A stretch of DNA of 64,000 nucleotides, from positions 106,206,001 through 106,270,000 of the forward strand of contig OX597818.1 of NCBI GenBank assembly GCA_951406725.2, in the 5' to 3' direction. Both the position numbers and the translations under genes were made by a program. Shown piece by piece: positions 47,255 to 58,221 of the stretch. The notes under the pieces were generated by a model. It was not told where the DNA came from. It worked only from the letters and a program-made list of their open reading frames with translations, and made no database searches. This DNA is from Octopus vulgaris. Lineage: Eukaryota. Every line of letters begins with the position of its first letter. Positions within the stretch are counted from its first letter, which is position 1.

Positions 47255-47790
47255 TGAGTGGGGTCTGAAAAGATCATAGGCTGACTGTGAAGAAGTCATG
47301 CTAGAGTTGTGAAATATTGCATGCATTAATTTCAACCCTTCTTTTTAACTACTGCAGTGTTTTTTCTCCATGTAAACTGACACCTGACCGTTCAATGATA
47401 CTTCAAAATTAACTGATAGTGACTTCTCTTGAAAAATCAACAGATATTAATTGTGACATGGTTACTACATTAACGGATGACACTCCAGCTTTAACAATAG
47501 TGAAAAAGTGGTCAGCCGAATTTAGGAGGGGAGAATTTTGAAGATGACCCAAGGGCTGGATGTTCTGCAACTGCCACCATCGACGAAAACACTGTGTTTG
47601 TCACTTGGTGATGGATGACAGGTGACTGACTATAAACCAAATAGTCAATGCTATTAGAATTTTGTGTGACAGAGTGGAGAACATTCTTCACAATGAACTT
47701 GACATGATGAAGGTTTCTGCTCAGCGGGTGCCACATCTGACACCTGATCAAAAGCGCACTATGCTGATCACATCATAGCAAAATCTGACG
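47255..47790 (+). mobile_element. Mariner 5' fragment (second family)
   Basis: TA then tgagtggggtctgaaaagatcatagg; KKWSAEFRRG and VPHLTPDQKR remnants. Homologous to 62468-63900. Confidence 0.75.
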
Positions 47791-48610
47791 TGTGGAAGCA
47801 CATGGCCTAGCGGTTAGGGGGTTGCACTCACAATTGCAAGATTGATTTTGATTCCCAGATCCTGTGGTGCACTATGTTCTTGAGCAAAAACTTCATTTCA
47901 CGTTACTCTGCAGTCATTTTGACACTTGATGCATGGTACACTAGTGCACCTGTACAGGTAATGCTGATTTGACATAAGGAGCGGGCTAATGTGTAACATA
48001 AACTGTTGATCAGTATAAACAAATCACCTGCATAACTGTTTGGCAAGAAACTGTGGAACCCTCTCCTGTCATCTAACGATAGGAGAGTCCATAAAAATAT
48101 ATATACACATCTATACATATATATATGTCATCATCATCATCATTTAAAGTCCATTGTCCATGCTGGGATGGGTTGGACAATTAGACCAGGGCTGGTGTGT
48201 ATGTGTATATATATATTTATATATATGTGTGTGTGTGTGCCAGTGGCAAGTAAAAAGTACCTTTTCAGTGTTGGGCCTCACAGAAACATTATGTTGCGCT
48301 TTAGAAGACCCATCAAGCCAAATAAAATTGCAGTCGTGGCAGAAACCAGTGTCACACAAATGACACCCAAGCTGGTAGTACCTAAAAGCACCCATTACAC
48401 TCTCAGAGTGGTTGGCATTAGGAAGGGCATTCAGCTGTAGAAATCATGTCAAATTAGACTGGAGTCTAGTGTAGCTTTCCAGCTTGCCAGCCCTGGTGAA
48501 ACTTCAACCTATACCAGTATGGACAATGAATGCTAAATGATGATGATGATGATATATATATGGGAAAAAAAGTCAAGGTAGAAAATGCTAGGATAATTTT
48601 ATAAAAAACA

Positions 48611-48652
48611 TTTCAATACTGGTTTCAGTCATTGAGACTTTTTCAACTGTAA
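48611..48652 (-). ncRNA. Hammerhead-like motif with a U3-A8 core variant
   Basis: ttacag-UUGAAAA-agtc(tcaat)gact-GAAA-ccag-UA-ttgaaa. Stem I pairs at 5 of 6 positions. Confidence 0.5.
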
Positions 48653-50058
48653 GTATGGAAAACAATTAAATTTCGGCAAAATTAGAAGAAAAGTCTTTTA
48701 AAAGAATATTTGCATAGTATTCAAATACAAGGGGCATTTTTCTTGTTTCTGCCTGTCTCTGTCTCTCTTGTGGGTTCGAGATCATTGTGAATTCCTGGTA
48801 GGATATATATATATATATATATATATATCTAACCAATGACATTTATATAAGAGATAATACTTATCTAGTTTGATAGAAATTATACAGTTAGTGCAGTAAA
48901 TAGTCTGATAACTGATACTATCGTGTTATAAATAAACAGTTAGCTTAAAATTGCTAAGTAGCCTTGATTTAAAACTGTTTTTAAAATGTCCAATATTCAC
49001 TGATGGATAAAGGTATGGTGCAATGCTTATTGAATTTAAGTGGCCAATGCGAGTAGAATAAAATTGTTATCCTTAGAGAAAGGACAAAGTGTGTCGAGAA
49101 AAGGAAATGATAGAGCTATTGCTGTAGTAATGTGGTTTGTATGCATGTATAAATTATATTCATACTTTTATCTATTATGTACCTCAAATGAATTTTATGA
49201 ATATAATATATTCTGTTTGGTTATTATTGCTGCTGTCTTAAGTAAGTAAGGGCTTAATAAGCAGCGCAACTAATAATGAGAGTTGCTTATTTGGATGGCT
49301 GTTGACTCTTGAAAGTTCATCCATCCTTTGACAGGTGCAGGAGTGGCTGTGTGGTAAGTAGATTGCTTACCAACCACATGGTTCCGGATTCATTCCCACT
49401 GCATGGCACCTTGGGCAAGTGTCTTCTACTATAGCCTCAGGCTGACCAAAGCCTTGTGATTTGATAGACGGAAACTGAAATAAGCCCGTCATATATATCT
49501 ATATCTATATATGTGTGTGTGTGTGTGTGTGTGTATATGGTGACCAAATAGTAAGAAAAAACACCTGCCTCACAAAGCAAGCTCTGTGGGGTTGATGGTT
49601 TAATCAGTGACAGCCCATACCTGGCACTTATGATTCAGTGGTTGGCCAAAAAATAAAAGCATAAAGAAAGAGAAAGTGGTGGTGGTGGGTGTCCAAGAGA
49701 CAGGAGTACAGAGAGGGAAGAGAACAGACTTTGACAGTAGTTCAGTTGTAGAAGCTGAGAGGCTTCAATATATTGAAGGGTAGAATGGGAGGTACTACTG
49801 CTTATTATTAGGGTTGTTATTTCCATTTTTGGGCTGTTGCCTAAAGAGCAAACCTTACAGCAAGTGGCTACTCACACAAGCTGTTTAGTTGGTGTTGTGG
49901 TGGTTAGTGGGTAGGTGGCAGTTGTTACAGGGAAAAATGGGAACAAGCTGGAACATATAGGGATCTAAGCAGTGAATTTTAAAAAAAACCCCAAAAACCC
50001 AGCATGTTTTCTTCAAAAGGAGATGGCGCTGAGCTAACAAGAATCTGCTTTAGAAGTA

Positions 50059-50424
50059 TCTCTTATTATAAAAGGCAGATTTTATCTGCCTCCCTTTGGG
50101 AGTTATACAAATCTACACTATAGGATTTCTTCAATTACAATTTACCTAGCATTTTTAAGAGTACAATGCATCGCGTCATGCCAGGTCCAGTTTTTAAAAT
50201 TTAAACTCCAATTAAGCAAAATTTACAGAAAACTCACATTCTGGTGTGTGTGTCAAATGCTTTTCTTAGTCTGGTTTACACCACACGCAAACGCACACAC
50301 ACAGTGGGCAACGAATAAAATGAAAGTAATTCACTTACTGTAGTGAGTGATTCTTTCACTCTGCCTCCCACTTCCTCTTTTCACACATAGACACGCAAAT
50401 ATATAAATAAAATTGTAAGCTAAC

Positions 50425-50460
<36 letters not shown>

Positions 50461-50500
50461 GCGTGAGTGTGTGACAGGAAAGTTTTTTTACGACGAATAT
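50059..50500 (+). mobile_element. Helitron-like 5' fragment
   Basis: A|TCTCTTATTATAAAAGG start similar to the 51578 element; CpG-rich body; no 3' hairpin or CTAG seen. Confidence 0.45.
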
Positions 50501-50525
50501 AAGACCTATATCCAAGTAGCAGAAA

Positions 50526-50791
50526 GATAAGACAGTAAGGTGTGATTTGAGGGAGATTTGGCTGCTATTTCTACCATGTCTAGCTGCCATGTAGGGGTCT
50601 CCCTCATAGGCTCATACATACATATATACATAGATAAGACAGTAAGGTGTGATTTGGGGGAAATTTGGCTGCTATTTCTACCAGGTCTAGCTACCATGTA
50701 GAGGTCCCCCTCATTGGCTCATATATATATACATACATAAGACAGTAAGGTGTGATTTGAGGGAGATTTGGCTGCTGTTTCTACCAGGTCT
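50526..50791 (+). repeat. Tandem triplication of a ~105-bp unit (third copy partial)
   Basis: taagacagtaaggtgtgatttg...atttggctgct.tttctacca repeats at about 50528, 50634 and 50738. Confidence 0.85.
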
Positions 50792-51152
50792 GTTAGGCAT
50801 TCTCATGTAAACTCAAGCTTTCTCATGCCTTGAACATAAGACCAAAGCAGAGAATGTATTCTTTTATTCTTCTGCTTTTTCCAGCCATTGGTCTGTGGCC
50901 ATGCTGGGGCAATGCCTTGAAGAATTGTAGTTTAATGAATCAACTCCAGTTTTATTTTTGTAAGCATTGTACTTATTCTATCTGTTTCCTTTGTCAAACC
51001 ACTAGGTGACAGGGATGTAAACAAACCAACATTCGTTGTCAAGCAGTGGTGGAGGACAATCACAAGCACAGACACGCACACACACACACATACATGCATA
51101 CACATATACACACATACATACATACATATATATATATGTGTGTATATATATA

Positions 51153-51411
51153 TTGCAGCGTGGAAGGTGTTTGTAAGCCATTTAAGAAACACACAAAAAC
51201 CGTTACATTCACTTCAACATTTAAATTTAATTTGCCAAAATATTTTCGTCGCTTTCAGACCGCGACCTGTTCACTGACAAAAATATCGTGCTAACAGGTC
51301 GCGGTCTCAAAGCGACGAAAATATTTTGACAAATTAAATTTAAATGTTGAAGTGAATCTAACGGTTTTTGTGTGTTTCTTAAATGGCTTATAAACACCTT
51401 CAACGCTGCAA
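51153..51411. repeat. Fold-back element: 119-bp inverted arms (51153-51271 / 51293-51411) with a 21-bp spacer
   Basis: Reverse-complement match with only a handful of mismatches. Confidence 0.9.
51231..51281 (-). ncRNA. Hammerhead-like motif with a G3-C8 swapped core
   Basis: Stem I tttgtca/tggcaaa; GUGAACA plus one extra G; stem II gtcgc/gcgac; GAAA; palindromic stem III a-atat-t; UUU triplet. Confidence 0.6.
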
Positions 51412-51577
51412 CTGTTTTCGTTCCAGCACACGATCTCAGATCAAGTCACTTGCTATGCAAGTACATCTCTGTAACTATATATATATTTATATATATATAT
51501 ATATATATGTATATTGGTAAAAACAGTAAGATAACAAAAGAAAGAAAGAGACCTCAATATTATGTAAATAGAGGAAA

Positions 51578-51972
51578 TCTTTATATATAAAAGTGAGGTT
51601 GTGTGTCTGTCTCCTACGATTTAGATTCCTAACTACTCCCACATTTTGCGGTGCAGTTTAACCAAAACCGGGTATCTTATAGTCGTGATTCATATCGAGA
51701 CCGTCTGGGTATTAGCGTGCGTATACGATGAGTCTACGATTTAAAAAAAAATTTACCATCAATTTTTCCCATTTTTAATCCATTTTTGACATATATAAGG
51801 GAAGTAACTCTCTAAAATTTATTATTAAATCTCAGAACGTAAAAAGCTACAGTAACACTCCTCCCCCTTTGTGGTTAGCCATATTGAGATGGCTATTATA
51901 CTTTACATCTCTAAAAATGCTTATATAATCATTTCCCTTACAAACCCGAGCAACGCCGGGCGATACTGCTAG
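51578..51972 (+). mobile_element. Non-autonomous Helitron
   Basis: A|TCTTTATATATAAAAG start; 3' hairpin cccgagcaacgccggg then atactgCTAG|T. Confidence 0.8.
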
Positions 51973-52379
51973 TATGTATATAAATGCATTGCTTTAATAG
52001 AAACAGAATGAATCAAGTGGAGGAAAAGAGTGAGCTTACTATTGAAAGTTTAAAAGTCCATCAGTTACGATGATAGAGAGAGGGAGAAAGAGAGATATAG
52101 AGAGAAAGCAAGAGAGAGGGACCTATAGGGATCTAGGCAGCGAATAAAAAACCAGCATGTTTTCTTCAAAAGAAGATCGTACTGAGCCAGCAAGAACCAA
52201 CTTTAGATATATATATATAATGAATACATTGCTATATTAGAAACAGAATAAATCCCTTAATGAATTGTTATATTAGAAACAGAATGAATCCCTAATGTGA
52301 GTATTTCCACAAGGCAATACATATTTAAGGGAAAGGCTTTGGGAGTAAACTCCAAGGATGTATCTGGAGTCAGAGTCCC

Positions 52380-53480
52380 TAAGGCAGTTTGATGCTGTAG
52401 ACAACATCATTCTGGCAACTCTTGTGGACCCACTGGTGCCAAGTCATATTGGCCTCCACCCTTCCCTTGGATAACACTGGTGCTGGTGGAAAGGGGAGAT
52501 GTGCTGCATGGGCAACTGCCAATCTCCTGTGAAAAACTGCCAAGGCCTGCACCCTGGAGAGGACATTCAAATGCTATCTAACCATGGTGGTAAAACACAA
52601 AAAGCAGTCTGAAAAATAACTGGTGTTAGAGTAAGGTGCCAGGGGCTGTTTTCAATGGAGGGAGAGGTCACTGTGCCTCACTGGACAGCTACTGCTTGCC
52701 TCAAGCTGGGCAGCCCCCAACCAGTTAGGTGCTGTCACATCACAGTCCACCTGCTCCACTGGATGCATGGGGCTTACAGGGAAACTAACATCCTGAATCA
52801 TAGGCTGTAAACACTGCACCAAGGAAAATGAACAAGCAAGCAAACAAACAGTGTAAAAAACCTGCTTTCAGATTCCAATGTTGGAACATAAGCACCATGA
52901 AAACTGGTCTGTCAGAAGACAATTGGATACATACGCAAGAGAGCAGTGATCAAGAATGTACTGTTATGACTGCAGGTGTCGTTAGTATATTACTTTATAG
53001 CAGTGAGATGTGGAGCCTCTATTCCAGACAGAAGCAGCATCTCAACATTTTTCACCTTCATCATTTGAGATGCATCTTAGATATCATGTGGACTAACTGC
53101 ATCACCAACACTGAAGTCATCAATCATGCCAAGATACCCAATGTACTCACCCTGCTCCAGCAGCATCATCTGTGCTGGCTTGGTCATGTACATTGCATGC
53201 CAGATGGGAGGATCCCAAAAGAACTCCTGTAAGGGGAATTGGCCACTGGCACAAGGGCACAAGGACAACCTTGTGTTCATTTCAAGGACGTCTGGAAGAG
53301 AGATATGAAGTCGCTTGATCTGGCTGTCCTGAGATGGGACGAGGTTGCAAATGATCGCCCACACACAAAATAAATTCTGCGAAAGGGGATGAAGTGAGGG
53401 GAAGTAAAACAGGAACTCACCAACAAAGAAAAGCGCCCTCGATGGAAGCAAAAAAATCCCAAAAGTATTTTAGAGGATGA
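52380..53480 (+). mobile_element. Internally deleted RTE (BovB-like) LINE
   Basis: Endonuclease N-terminus CWNISTMKTGL fused to the RT C-terminus ILLYSSEMW...HLCWLGHVHCMPDGRIPKELL.GEL. Confidence 0.75.
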
Positions 53481-54429
53481 CTAAATGAAAATTCTTAATC
53501 AATCTAAATCTTAATTAGTCTGCTCCATCACATTGCTGTATTGTAATTATATTTTGCTTCTAAGACAAAAAGATTGAGGTTGAAAAGTGTTTAGTCAGAG
53601 ATTTGCTTCTCAACCATGCGGTTTTCAGTTTAGTTCCACTAAATGGCACCTTGGGTAAGTGTCTTCTGTTAGAATTCAGGATTGACCAAAACCTTGTGAG
53701 TGGATTTGGTAGACAGAAACTGAAAGAAGCCCAGTGTGTGTGTGTGTGTGTGTGTGTGCATGTTTCTCATGCTTTTATGGCTTGTAAGCAATGGCTTCTT
53801 GCTAGTACCATTGGCTTGCAGTCTATCACAAAATGATGTCCAAGGAGTATCTTGACATGTCTTGACATGTGTGATCTCTGTAAAACACAAGGCCCTGTAA
53901 TCAGAGTTATTTCTAGTTCCTTGCACAAAACATGCCTAGGCTGTTATTTGGTCAAAAGACTATGAGATTATTACCTTACCTAGAAATAAGTGGAGATTGG
54001 CAACTGGAAGGATATTCAGCTATAGAAAAACTCTGCCTCAATCTTCTGTTGTCTGAGCTCTGACCCATTCTAGCATGTAGTAGTTAGATGTTAAAATGAG
54101 GATGATTGTGTTGGAGTTTAATTTCTGGTCTGTAAACTATTGGTAGAAAGTCTGCAAGAGCTATGTTAAATGCAGACCAAGATGTCTAGTTATTGACACA
54201 CTTTAATAGTATTGGTTAATACCAGTAATTGTAAAACAATGACTAAATATATGCAATAAAGCTAATTTTTTCTTCTCCTGAATAAAATAGGTAGAAAACT
54301 AAAGTACACTACATAAAGCTTATCTGGCGAATATATATTACTTCTGATTCGTTGATGAATATAGCTACCTAACTGCATGAAATCATTAATTATGATGAAA
54401 TAACTTGGTTATGTAAGAGTATGTAAGGT

Positions 54430-54614
54430 ACAATTCAGTAGAAGAGCCAACCAGTTTGCACAATTCAGTAGAAGGGCCAACCAGTTTACACAATTCAATA
54501 GAAGGGCCAACCAGTTTGCACAATTCAGTAGAAGGGCCAACTAGTTTGCACAATTCAGTAGAAGGGCCAACCAGTTTGCACAATTCAGTACAAGGGCTAA
54601 CCAGTTTGCACAAT
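54430..54614. repeat. 30-bp minisatellite x6 (acaattcagtagaagggccaaccagtttgc), intronic
   Basis: Contiguous units every 30 bp with 0-2 substitutions and no spacers. Confidence 0.95.
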
Positions 54615-54739
54615 AACACTAATCAGCTAACGGAAATGTGTGTTTGTTACATAAGCTAACAAAAAGTCAGTTCTGCTTCCTGTGTTTCTTATTGTATGTG
54701 TGTGTGTATACAGATCAAATATGTATATATGTATCTTAC

Positions 54740-54913
54740 CCATTTTTGCAACACATTCTGCTTTTTTCCATTTTTTTGGTAAATTTTCCAGTTTTAACGG
54801 TATCTCCATATATTCCTTTTCTGGGTCATTACCCATCTGTATGTACAAGCCTTTATATTCTTTTGCATCTTGAGCACCAGGGTTACAGATAAGTCGAGGG
54901 TGTTTAAAATAAG
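54740..54913 (-). CDS. Internal coding exon (first visible) of an uncharacterised Cys-containing protein: xYFKHPRLICNPGAQDAKEYKGLYIQMGNDPEKEYMEIPLKLENLPKKWKKAECVAKM(G)
   Basis: Minus-strand acceptor tttcag|CT and donor ATGG|gtaag. The exon is 174 nt, open, phase 1/1. Its final G joins GA of the next exon to give Gly in MGTHY. Confidence 0.85.
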
Positions 54914-55856
54914 CTGAAATTTAACAAAAAATTGCATTTAACAAAAAATTGCATTTAACAATTATTTTTATGGAAGAAAGAAATGGTATTTCATACTTTT
55001 TGAAGTCTGAGCTTAGAAGACAATCAGATATAAATTATTAGAAAATTAAACAAAAGCTAAAATAGTTTGAGGTTTGGTCGAATTATCTCCCTTAGTTCAG
55101 CTGGTGAATTTTATGCACGTAAGGAGCGAAAGGGGAATCTCCGCTTCTAGGCCGTTTCTAATACATGCATGCATACATACATATTGTCAGGAGACGCAAT
55201 GGCCCAGTGGTTAGGGCAGCAGACTTGCAGTCATAGGATCGCAGTTTCGATTTCCAGACCGGGCGTTGTGAGTGTTTATTGAGCGAAAACATCTAAAACT
55301 CCATGAGGCTCTAGTGGGGGGTAGTGGCAAACCCTGCTATACTCTTTCGCCACAACTTTCTCTCACTCTTTCTTCCTGTTTCTGTTGTACCTGTATTTCA
55401 AAGGACCAGCCTTGTCAGACTCTATGTTATGCTGAATCTCCCAGACAACTACGTTAAGGGTACATATGTCTGTGGAGTACTCAGCCACTTGTACATTAAT
55501 TTCACGAGCAGGTTGTTCTGTTGATTGGATCTACTGGAACTCCTGTTGTTGTAACTGATGGAATGGCACAACGATACATATTGTCAACAGATGAGATCCA
55601 GAAATTCTTGGTATAGGAAACCATTTAGTAGCACTCAAATGATTCAAGCTTAGAATCTGATGTTTTTATGAGGGACCAATTCTGTGGAGCAAACAGTGGC
55701 TATAAAATGAATCCAGGTGAACAGAAATGGGGGCAATTATATTGGTAAACAAATAAAATATAACAGCTTGGGTTTGGTATACAAAATATATGCAAAACGG
55801 AAAGAAAGCAAAGATTGAAGATTTTCAAACACTGAATATTTAAGTATGATTATACA

Positions 55857-56152
55857 GATCTATATATTAATAGCTTGAGCTTACACAGAGTACAAACTAT
55901 AGGGAAAATTAAAGGGGAGGAAGTAAGGTGTTACAAGTCCAACAAATGTTTCTGTGGGGTCAGAGATGTTCGTAGCCAGTAATGAATTGAGCCTCTGTCA
56001 TGAGGGTCGCAAAAAAGATCTTACTTTTCAGATCATGATACAGAAAAGCATAGAGGTGGAAACAGCTGTTGGACTTGTGACACTTTACTTCCTCCCTTTC
56101 ATTTTCTCTGTCGCTTGTACTCTGTGTAAGCTTCATTTATTAACATATAAAT
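55857..56152. repeat. Degenerate fold-back element (~95-bp arms)
   Basis: gcttacacagagtacaa...ggaggaagtaa...caagtccaaca is mirrored by tgttggacttg...ttacttcctcc...ttgtactctgtgtaagc. Confidence 0.8.
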
Positions 56153-56249
56153 AACAGTATATTTATACATAAGTATTCATTGTCTGAAAGCCTTCAGTCT
56201 TTGCTTTTTATCTGTTTGCATGTGTGAGAATAAATAAAAAAAAAAACCT

Positions 56250-57803
56250 CTGTCCTGGACTTTTGTTGACATGGAGAAGGCCTTTGACAAGGTCCCTTGA
56301 TCCCTTTTCTGATGGTCAATGCAGAAACTAAGGATATATAAGTGGTTGGTGAGAGCTGTACAAACCATGTACAGGGACACAATCAGTAAGGAATGGGTTG
56401 GCAATGAGTGTAATGATAAATTCAGGGTACAAGTAGGGGTTTACCAAGGATCTTATAAGATGGGCTGCCCCTGGGAGCACCTCTATGTTGATGACTTATT
56501 CTTATGGCTGAATCACTACTGGAACTAGAGAAGAAATTTCAGGTGTGGAAGCAAGATCTAGAATTGGAGGGCCTTAGTGTTAACCTAGCAAAAACCAAAG
56601 TATTAGTAAGTAGAAAAGCAGACAACCTACAAATGCCTTGAGGTAGATGGCTCTACTCAATCTGTGGGAAAGGCTTAGGTAGAAATTCCATAAGATGTGC
56701 TTGGTGCAAGCTATGGACACGTAAGAGGTGCAGCAATATCAGAAGAAGGTTAACTAGGAAAATAGTTTTTGTGTGTGGAAGGTACAAAAGTACAATAAAC
56801 ACTAAAAATGTACAGAAAATTGACTCCATTAAATGCCAGTGGGGAAAAACTAGAAGTAGTTGATAGCTTCTGTTATCTAGGTGACCCAGTTAATAGTGGA
56901 GGTGGATGCTCCGAGAGGGTAGCAGCAAGAATAAGAACTCCTACTTCTGTTGGCAAGAAAGGGCCTCATCCTCAGAGTGAAAAGCAGAGTGTATGATGCC
57001 TGTGTGCACACAGCTATGCTATACGGCAGTGAAGTATGGACTTTGACTGCTGAGGACATGCATAACCTTGAAAGAAATGAAACCAGTATGCTTTGCTGGA
57101 TGTGCAATGTCAGAGTGCTTGTGTGACAAGATGTAAGCATCTGGAGAGAAAAGTTTGGTATAAGAAGCATCAGACCTGGTGTGCAAGAGCAATGACTACA
57201 CTGGTATGGCCTAGTGATGTCTATAGATGAGGAGAGCAGTGTGAAGAAGTACAGATATCTAACTGTGGAGGGAACCCATGGAAAGGGGAGACCCAGGAAG
57301 AAGATAAGGGATGAGGTTGTTAAGCATGCTCTTTGAATGTTGGGCTCTTTGAATGACTTGCGACCGAGACCTTTGGCAATATGCCATGCTTGAGAAGACC
57401 TGTCAAACTAAGTGAAATCATAGTTGTGGCCAATGCTGGTGTCAACGTAACAGGTACCGGTGCCAGTGGCACGTAAAAAGCACCTTTGGAGTGTTAGGCA
57501 TCACAAAGGCAATGACAAATGACTGAGGCCTTTGGCAATATGCTGTGCTTGAATAGAAGAGCCATCAAGCCAAATGAAATCTTAGACATGGCAGATACTG
57601 GTGTCATGCAACTGGCACCTGAGCTAGTGGTACGTAAAAGGTACCCCTTACACTCTCAGAGTATTTGGTGTTAAGAAAGGCATCTAGCCATAGAAACTGT
57701 GCCAAATCAGACTGAAGTACAGTGCAGCCCCTTACATTACCAGCCTCGGTCAAACCGTTCAACCCATGCCAGCATAGACAATGGACATTAAATGATGATG
57801 ATG
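56250..57803 (+). mobile_element. RTE-type LINE, 5'-truncated and degraded
   Basis: FVDMEKAFDKVP, VGVYQGS and LYVDDL; a Cys/His-rich insert (NSIRCAWCKLWT...C); LYGSEVW; GRPRK; 3' tail ...ttaaatgatgatgatga. A second copy lies at 60170-60918. Confidence 0.82.
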
Positions 57804-57838
<35 letters not shown>

Positions 57839-57872
57839 CACGTGTGTGTATGTATGTATGTATATATATATG

Positions 57873-57908
<36 letters not shown>

Positions 57909-58060
57909 GTGTGACAATTATTTGGTTGGAGCAGTTTTCTGCCAAGACATCCAAAACTCAGAGTCTTATTATGACAACCGAATAATTGTCACATATTACA
58001 GATAAATTCCTCTATTTACTTAATATCAAGGTCTCATTCTTTCTTTTGTTGTTTTACCTT

Positions 58061-58110
<50 letters not shown>

Positions 58111-58157
58111 GTGCATGTATATATATTAGTATATATATATATGTGACACGTAAAAGC

Positions 58158-58188
<31 letters not shown>

Positions 58189-58190
58189 CG

Positions 58191-58221
<31 letters not shown>

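Noticed and set aside
54430-54614. 30-bp repeats as a CRISPR array
   Set aside because: The units are contiguous with no unique spacers, there are no cas genes, and the context is eukaryotic.
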